Origin: an uncultured virus (IMG/VR IMGVR_UViG_3300034283_002562) | Taxonomy: Duplodnaviria; Heunggongvirae; Uroviricota; Caudoviricetes | IMG/VR virus record: IMGVR_UViG_3300034283_002562 | Length of the DNA stretch: 20,000 nt | Direction: 5' to 3' (one strand) | In this document: positions 14,454 through 20,000 of the stretch, piece after piece | How the letters are laid out: every line of letters starts with the position of its first letter | Position numbering within the stretch: the first letter of the stretch is position 1 | Notes under the pieces: generated by a model | The model's input: only the letters and a program-made list of their open reading frames with translations | What the model was told of the DNA's origin: nothing | Database searches by the model: none | Made by a program: the position numbers and the translations under genes

Positions 14454-14528
14454 TGGTGCACCCGATGGGATTCGAACCCATTGTCGCAAGTTTTAGAGGC
14501 TTGTGCTATACCTAGTAGCTTCGGGTGC
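14454..14528 (-). tRNA. Amber suppressor tRNA (anticodon CTA)
   Basis: GCACCCG/CGGGTGC-A-CCA; D-arm GCTA/TAGC; CAAGC-CTCTAAA-ACTTG; T-arm ATGGG-TTCGAAT-CCCAT. Confidence 0.85.
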
Positions 14529-14535
14529 AAAAAAG

Positions 14536-14904
14536 TTAATCATACGAACTGGATGAGCCTGAATCACTTGAAGAACTGTAGTCATGCGAACTATGAGAAT
14601 GACTAGAGGAACTACTATGTGATGATCCATAATCATGCGAACTATATGAACTATATGAACTATGTGAGTGGTTAGCATTGTGTGAACTTGAGTCTACACT
14701 CTTTGCCGCAGCATATGAATCCCACACGTCAACTGATGCTTTGATTACGTTATCCACTGTTTCTGAATCTATATCAAGATCATGCTTTTGTGATTTATTT
14801 CGTTTATCACTATTTGAAACATACTTCGAAGACACATTAGATTTAGTATCTACTTTCTGAATTGGTTGTTTTTTAGTAAAAAAACTTTTGATTTTTTCTA
14901 ACAT
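14536..14904 (-). CDS. Hypothetical protein with Ser/His-rich low-complexity tail
   Basis: AAGGA RBS; C-terminal SHSSYSSYSSHDYGSS..SSSSYD. Confidence 0.8.
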   Translation of the reverse strand: MLEKIKSFFTKKQPIQKVDTKSNVSSKYVSNSDKRNKSQKHDLDIDSETVDNVIKASVDVWDSYAAAKSVDSSSHNANHSHSSYSSYSSHDYGSSHSSSSSHSHSSHDYSSSSDSGSSSSYD

Positions 14905-14916
14905 AATTTTCCTTAT

Positions 14917-14947
14917 GAAAAATGTGGGGGAATTACCCCCACAAAAA
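14917..14947 (-). terminator. Intrinsic terminator after the ter cassette
   Basis: TGTGGGGG-TAATT-CCCCCACA-TTTTT. Confidence 0.85.
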
Positions 14948-14951
14948 TGGA

Positions 14952-15521
14952 TTATTGATAACCGCTGACGATATCGCCTAACTCAAGACCATCGAACCCG
15001 GCTCCAATTGCCTGGAATGAGAATTGTCCATCACGTTTGAAGAATGATCCAACTTGAACGGCTGTTTCATTTTTGTAGTCAGCATCTAGATCATAGAATG
15101 CAATTTCCTCATTGGTATCAGCATTTAAGATTTTGATACCTGCTTCAGGTACCTGACCAAAAGACTGACCACGAGATACAGCTTCATGGATGGTTACAAC
15201 AATTGAAATTTCATCAACTGTTGCTGGTAACGTATTGATATCGATGAAAACCTCTTCGGTACCACCTTGACGCATATCTGGTGTTTTTGAAACACTTTTT
15301 TCAGGTGTCGCTTCATTGTTATAGAACACTAAATAGTCATCACCTAACAACTTCGGACCATTATCGGTTGTTTTCAAAACAAACGCTGATACATCTAAAT
15401 CATATTTTGGATTGTTATCTGGAACATTCCACCATAATACTGCCTTTACCTTTCCCATGGCAGGTTGTGATTTGGTTAGGTTGATACCTTTATTTTCAGA
15501 TTTTGCAAGATTAATTGCCAT
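14952..15521 (-). CDS. terD: TerD-family stress/tellurium resistance protein
   Basis: INLTK, YDLDVSAF, VFYNN, VVTIHEA..RGQSFGQV, ETAVQVG, FQAIGAG. Confidence 0.93.
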   Translation of the reverse strand: MAINLAKSENKGINLTKSQPAMGKVKAVLWWNVPDNNPKYDLDVSAFVLKTTDNGPKLLGDDYLVFYNNEATPEKSVSKTPDMRQGGTEEVFIDINTLPATVDEISIVVTIHEAVSRGQSFGQVPEAGIKILNADTNEEIAFYDLDADYKNETAVQVGSFFKRDGQFSFQAIGAGFDGLELGDIVSGYQ

Positions 15522-15544
15522 GTTATTACCTCTTGGTAGTTTAA

Positions 15545-16552
15545 TTAAATTGATTTGTGTTTGATTGAAGAGATCAATGATGCACCAATGAATGCAGCAC
15601 CGATCAACCCTGTAATGCTTTCTGGAATTTCGTATACAGTATTTACGAACATGATGATAGCCAATCCAAATATTGCATAGAATGCACCATGCTCTAGGTA
15701 AATGAATTCATCAACAGTGCCCTTATCTACCATTAGTAATGTTAAACTTCTTACGAATAACGCACCGATACCAAGGCCAATCATGATGATGAAAATATTG
15801 TTTGTCAATGCTAATGCACCTAATACTCCGTCGAAACTGAAGCTTGCATCTAATACTTCCAAGTAAAGAAACGATGCTAACCCGGATTTGGCTACTGCAC
15901 CTGTAACCGTGCCATCATCAGTCCCGATTACTGCTTCTAAACCATCGACAAGAATGTACGTTACTAATCCGAATACACTTGCGACCAAGAATGCTGATGC
16001 TTCTGTTTCATTATGTGTGGATCCGATGATTTTGTAAACAATATATACCAATACTAATGTAATTGCAGATTGTATTGCTTCAATTTTGCCTAATTTAGTG
16101 AATCTTTCTTCAATTGGTTTAAGCCAATGCGTATCTTTGTCATGATCGATGAAAAACTTTAATGCAACCATCATTAGGAATGTGCCACCGAAACCCATGA
16201 CTGAGGTATGGACTGATTCTAGCGCATGAGAATACTGTTCTGGGTCATTAACTGCTAACATGAATGATGAATATGGGTTAATTCCCAATGCAACTGATAC
16301 AATTGCTAATGGAAACACCATTCTCATACCAAATACAGCAATAGCCATACCCCAGGTAATGAAACGATGACGCCATATATCATCCATTCCTTTTAGAACT
16401 TGTGCATTCACGACGGCATTATCAAAACTCAAACTAACTTCAAGAATTGATAGAACTAACGTGATCCAGGCTGCTTCGAGCCCACCGATCAAAAATGCTA
16501 GTACGATACCGATACCAGCAATCAAAAAAGAACCTTTAAAATATTGTAACAT
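15545..16552 (-). CDS. DUF475 / TerC-like integral membrane protein
   Basis: LEVSLSFDNAVVNA, FLYLEVLDASFSFDGVLGA, YLEHGAFYAI; multiple TM helices. Confidence 0.93.
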   Translation of the reverse strand: MLQYFKGSFLIAGIGIVLAFLIGGLEAAWITLVLSILEVSLSFDNAVVNAQVLKGMDDIWRHRFITWGMAIAVFGMRMVFPLAIVSVALGINPYSSFMLAVNDPEQYSHALESVHTSVMGFGGTFLMMVALKFFIDHDKDTHWLKPIEERFTKLGKIEAIQSAITLVLVYIVYKIIGSTHNETEASAFLVASVFGLVTYILVDGLEAVIGTDDGTVTGAVAKSGLASFLYLEVLDASFSFDGVLGALALTNNIFIIMIGLGIGALFVRSLTLLMVDKGTVDEFIYLEHGAFYAIFGLAIIMFVNTVYEIPESITGLIGAAFIGASLISSIKHKSI

Positions 16553-16615
16553 TGATTATTACCTGTGTGTTTGTTGAAAGAATCTTCATTATACCTGTAA
16601 ATTCAGGTATGTCAA

Positions 16616-17296
16616 TTATTTTTTAAACTTTCCGACCCAATCAGCAAATTCTTGGCTGATAATGTCTTCATATAAGTCTTCATCACTGATACTTTCGATA
16701 TCATCTATCTTCAAATAACCGGCATTTGGGTATTTTTCGCCCAAATATTCGATAAATGAGAAGTTCCCACCACCAATACCGATCAAAACCCAATATAAAT
16801 CTTTAGATTGTGATTCTATGATAACCTTTTCAGTTGCTTGTTGATCGAAATTCTCGCCATCGGTGATGAAAATAGCTAATGATGGGTCAGTTGAATTAGA
16901 TTTCTTCCCAAACAACTTCCCAAATAGGCCAGTTTGTACTGGTGCGGCACTATTAACGATGTCTTTCATGACTGGTGCATACTCTGTACCACCTTCACTA
17001 ATTTTTTTGACGATTTCACGGTCAACAAAGTCTTCGATGTTGCTAATATTGACTGATGGCAGCTCAAATGAATCATTATGAAATGCCCAAATGTCAATAA
17101 TTTTATCTTTATCGATGTTCATACCAATTGCTAGCACTCGTTCTACCACATCTTGAACGACTTTGTTGCGATATAGGGTATTCATGGACCCACTGCGATC
17201 AATTGCCAGTTTTACTTGGCATGGAATGTCACGGATTTGTTTTTTAGTTAGGATGATACCTACTTTTTCTGCTCTTTTAGTTAAATCAATAGCCAT
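16616..17296 (-). CDS. vWA-domain protein (ter-associated)
   Basis: MIDAS DRSGSM, GGTEYAPVM, FITDGEN; N-terminal IDLTK as in Ter proteins. Confidence 0.92.
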   Translation of the reverse strand: MAIDLTKRAEKVGIILTKKQIRDIPCQVKLAIDRSGSMNTLYRNKVVQDVVERVLAIGMNIDKDKIIDIWAFHNDSFELPSVNISNIEDFVDREIVKKISEGGTEYAPVMKDIVNSAAPVQTGLFGKLFGKKSNSTDPSLAIFITDGENFDQQATEKVIIESQSKDLYWVLIGIGGGNFSFIEYLGEKYPNAGYLKIDDIESISDEDLYEDIISQEFADWVGKFKK

Positions 17297-17326
17297 TTTT
17301 ACTTATCTCGGTTGATTGTTAAAAAA

Positions 17327-18466
17327 TTAATGGGTTTTTGGTCCTGCAATAGTGGTCCGTCCAGCATTAGATGAAATGGAAGCATACATGCGCTTCATTT
17401 CATCCATTCTCGATGCACTTTTAATTCTAGTTTCTTTACCAGTATTGTTTATTTGCACAATTTCTCCTAATGTACTGATTAGGTTTTGATGTACATGTTC
17501 TATTGTAGCATCATCTATCAATGAACGTTGGTTTAATTTTGCTGATTCAATTGAATTAGCACTAATGATGTTTGAATTGGTTTTAATTAGAGTATTGTTT
17601 GCATCATCTACTGCTGCTGCTAATGCTGCACTTTTTCTTAATTCTTGACCATCTATATACATTCTGATTTGTCTTTTCCATAATGGAATAGTCATAGTTT
17701 TGATATCATGGAATTTTTGGAGTAATGTTGCAGCACTATCTTCCATTTGACTAATTGAAGGTGCATTTTGAATAGCCATCATTTGAAATTTCTTCAAATA
17801 ATCGATTTTCTTCTCCAATCGATCTAAATTTTTTGTACTTCTATTAACTTCTTCGGCGGCAAGGAGATCTGATGCGTTAACCCGCATTTTTTCAATTTCT
17901 TTTGCCATTATTTGGTATGCTTCTTCTGCATCTTTGATCAAATTTTCTAATCTGTGATATTCATTCAAATTTTCACGGTATTGCACTTGCAGACCGTTTA
18001 ATTTGGCAATAATTCTGTGATTGGCTTGATCAATTTCGTCAATAATTTTGTCCATTTGTGTGGACACATCAGTGAATTCTGCTGAAAGTTGTTCACGGAC
18101 ATTAATAAACTTTTCTTTGATCTTTCCAAAGAGTTTTGAGATATTTGAATCTGAATTATTGTTCGTATTCAGGTGAAATGTCTTCGCCATTGTTAGAATA
18201 CTAGTTAACTGTTGTTCAACGAAGTCAACGTCAGCATCTTTGACTTCATTTAATAAAGCTTCTGATTTTTTGGCAATATCTGACATAACATCCGCCCCGT
18301 AATCGATAATCCCGGTTGGTGAATCAAATGTTGAAAGTAATTGGAGTACACGAGGATTGGATGCGCCTAAATCTGACAATTGTTTAGGTGAAACTGGTGT
18401 AAATGACTGTTTAACTGAAACTTCAGTACCAGATGATGACACTTGAACAGGTTTAAAAGACTTCAT
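17327..18466 (-). CDS. TelA-like toxic anion resistance protein
   Basis: IIDYGAD, long coiled coil, MTIPLWKRQI, DDANNTLIKTNS; upstream of vWA/DUF475/TerD; sigma70 promoter at 16615-16588 within the cassette. Confidence 0.85.
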   Translation of the reverse strand: MKSFKPVQVSSSGTEVSVKQSFTPVSPKQLSDLGASNPRVLQLLSTFDSPTGIIDYGADVMSDIAKKSEALLNEVKDADVDFVEQQLTSILTMAKTFHLNTNNNSDSNISKLFGKIKEKFINVREQLSAEFTDVSTQMDKIIDEIDQANHRIIAKLNGLQVQYRENLNEYHRLENLIKDAEEAYQIMAKEIEKMRVNASDLLAAEEVNRSTKNLDRLEKKIDYLKKFQMMAIQNAPSISQMEDSAATLLQKFHDIKTMTIPLWKRQIRMYIDGQELRKSAALAAAVDDANNTLIKTNSNIISANSIESAKLNQRSLIDDATIEHVHQNLISTLGEIVQINNTGKETRIKSASRMDEMKRMYASISSNAGRTTIAGPKTH

Positions 18467-18492
18467 AATACCCTTTTGAATGTGAATGTGTA

Positions 18493-18520
18493 AAAAGATA
18501 GTAGGGATTTCTCCCTACTA
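18493..18520 (-). terminator. Terminator after tmRNA
   Basis: TAGTAGGGA-GAAA-TCCCTACTA-TCTTTTT. Confidence 0.75.
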
Positions 18521-18868
18521 GGTATTTTTGGTTATAAGGTATTTCCTACCTCAGAATTCGCTGGTTATTAAGCAGCGATAGCATCAAAGATGCCATCTAC
18601 AGTGTAGAATTCAAATTTAGAATCGTTTGCGATTACTATGTTTATGCTGATTAGGTCAGTCATCTCTCCTGTTGCCTTCTCTAACTCTTCGCCCAATCGA
18701 ATCCAATACAGCCCCATCATAAAAACATAGATACTCCCCTTTTAAGGGGCAGGGAGTTTATGGCTATGGCCCCACTCTGATACCAACCTATGTTCTTATG
18801 GTGGAGCTGGCGGGTTTCGAACCCGCGTCTTGAACGCTTCCTCGTTGAAGGAATTACAACAATTCTGT
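18521..18868 (-). ncRNA. ssrA: Permuted two-piece tmRNA; tag ANDSKFEFYTVDGIFDAIAA
   Basis: The acceptor piece ..GACGCGGGTTCGAAACCCGCCAGCTCCACCA (ends 18799) precedes the coding piece GGGGCTGTATTGGATTCGA (starts 18715). G3-U70 pair; tag ORF 18630-18568 ending AA-TAATAA; TTGACA-16-TATAAT at 19072-19045. Outer boundaries approximate. Confidence 0.95.
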
Positions 18869-19075
18869 ATATCTATACCGCACACCCTTGCGACTTCAGC
18901 CTGTTAAGGTAGAGCTACTAAATAGAACTCTATGACTTCTATATGTTAGCATAGATAAATTAAATATCTAACTATGGTTCAATAATGGCGTACCACTCCT
19001 GATCATTTATACTATGTACCAGATTTAAGTTAGACTATTTGCTTATTATAGCATTATATTTATATTTGTCAAGAA

Positions 19076-19147
19076 TTATTTGTTACGTTTTACACGTGCT
19101 TTTGTTCTTGGTTGACCGGTTACTTTGTTATTTCTACTTCTAGCCAT
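19076..19147 (-). CDS. Very basic 23-aa peptide
   Basis: MARSRNNKVTGQPRTKARVKRNK*; GAGG RBS; own TTGACA-16-TATAAT promoter (19206-19179). Confidence 0.6.
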   Translation of the reverse strand: MARSRNNKVTGQPRTKARVKRNK

Positions 19148-19232
19148 TTTCGGTACCTCTGTTGTTTAAGATGAGCTTATTATACATCAGCCAAACGTGA
19201 TGTCAAGCATTTTTTAATAAATACTACTATTA

Positions 19233-19682
19233 ATGGAGAAGTATGTGGACATAGGTATCCCTAATTTTGATTTTTTTAGTCTGGTACAACAAGCAGGATT
19301 CCCAATAGCCCTTGCAGTCGTGTGTGGCTGGTTTGTTATGCAAGCAATTCAGCTGGTGTTGGGTTCAGTGGTCAAATCCATTAAGAAGATGACATTTTTA
19401 ATTAAATCAATGGATGGACGAGTGAAACAGATGAATGTTGATATTATTGAGATTGATAAATTGATTTCACAAGCATTAAATGTTCAATCATTGCCAGAAA
19501 AAATACATCATGAAGTAGCAGCGGTAATGAATAGTCATGATGTGAAACAACCAATACAAACTAACCCAGCTCCTGAGATTCCTAAAAAATCAATTCGTGA
19601 GAAACTTAAGAATGCGGTTGATAATGCAATCGATAAAAACGTTGATTCAATTATGGAAAAAGTAGAAGGAATTACAAAATGA
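19233..19682 (+). CDS. Single-TM membrane protein (holin-like N-terminus)
   Basis: LVQQAGFPIALAVVCGWFV then coiled coil; likely start 19245 (GGAG RBS); AATAAATA late-like promoter upstream. Confidence 0.8.
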   Translation: MEKYVDIGIPNFDFFSLVQQAGFPIALAVVCGWFVMQAIQLVLGSVVKSIKKMTFLIKSMDGRVKQMNVDIIEIDKLISQALNVQSLPEKIHHEVAAVMNSHDVKQPIQTNPAPEIPKKSIREKLKNAVDNAIDKNVDSIMEKVEGITK

Positions 19683-19960
19683 GCCCAGAATATATAAAAT
19701 TTTTTTCTGATACAATAACCCCAATTCTTGGTAGTTGTGTGTTAGGTGCATTTATATTCACCGCATTAAAATTTGTACTTGGTGATGTAATTACATCTGT
19801 TAGGACATTTGCTAGTATAGTTACTGCATTAGAGAACAGAGTTAGAATAACATCTAATGAATTGGTAAAAATCGATGTTACAGTTTCTGCAAAACTGGGA
19901 TTACGCCCTGATTTGGACAGAATTGCGAGATCAGTTAGAGATGATTGTAGGAGAGATTAA
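19679..19960 (+). CDS. Single-TM membrane protein, paralog of the upstream gene
   Basis: LKFVLGDVITSVR..LENRVR..ELVKID aligns with IQLVLGSVVKSIK..MDGRVK..DIIEID; ATGA overlap. Confidence 0.82.
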   Translation: MSPEYIKFFSDTITPILGSCVLGAFIFTALKFVLGDVITSVRTFASIVTALENRVRITSNELVKIDVTVSAKLGLRPDLDRIARSVRDDCRRD

Positions 19961-20000
19961 ATGGATATAACACAAATAGCAGATATTATAAATCGTTATG
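19961..20000 (+). CDS. Start of next CDS (MDITQIADIINRY), truncated at the edge
   Basis: ATG directly after the stop, AGGAG RBS. Confidence 0.6.
   Translation, partial: MDITQIADIINRY

Noticed and set aside
14493..14678. 61-aa ORF with HIVHIV repeats and 9-nt tandem repeats
   Set aside because: Alternative frame of the Ser-rich tail of 14536-14904.

Overview
AT-rich region of a large T4-like/jumbo bacteriophage (inferred from TATAAATA late promoters, consensus sigma70 promoters, a dispersed tRNA cluster and free-standing homing-type endonucleases). Almost everything is on the minus strand. RNA genes: 14 sense tRNAs (one per amino acid), an amber-suppressor tRNA(CUA), a permuted two-piece tmRNA and several tRNA remnants. 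Protein genes: a TelA/vWA/DUF475/TerD stress cassette, a PTH2-like protein, a kinase, a phosphatase and metabolic genes (acireductone dioxygenase, carbamoyltransferase, FkbM methyltransferase). The most interesting signal is non-coding. (1) A promoter, a 45-aa leader peptide containing all 20 amino acids, and overlapping antiterminator/terminator helices sit at the head of the tRNA cluster, suggesting an attenuator that senses shortage of any tRNA. (2) Six copies of a conserved RNA scaffold (AGGATAC..CAGCAA...GTATCCTG, skipping-rope-like) each carry a different tRNA-derived insert: isolated anticodon stem-loops or circularly permuted tRNAs. (3) A second family of about 9 cassettes has long conserved stems and variable inserts; one is the tmRNA intervening segment. 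(4) Three endonuclease genes each abut a tRNA T-loop and use it in a hairpin that masks the start region. Together these suggest a phage tRNA-defence/decoy and translation-rescue system. All calls were read by eye, without database searches.
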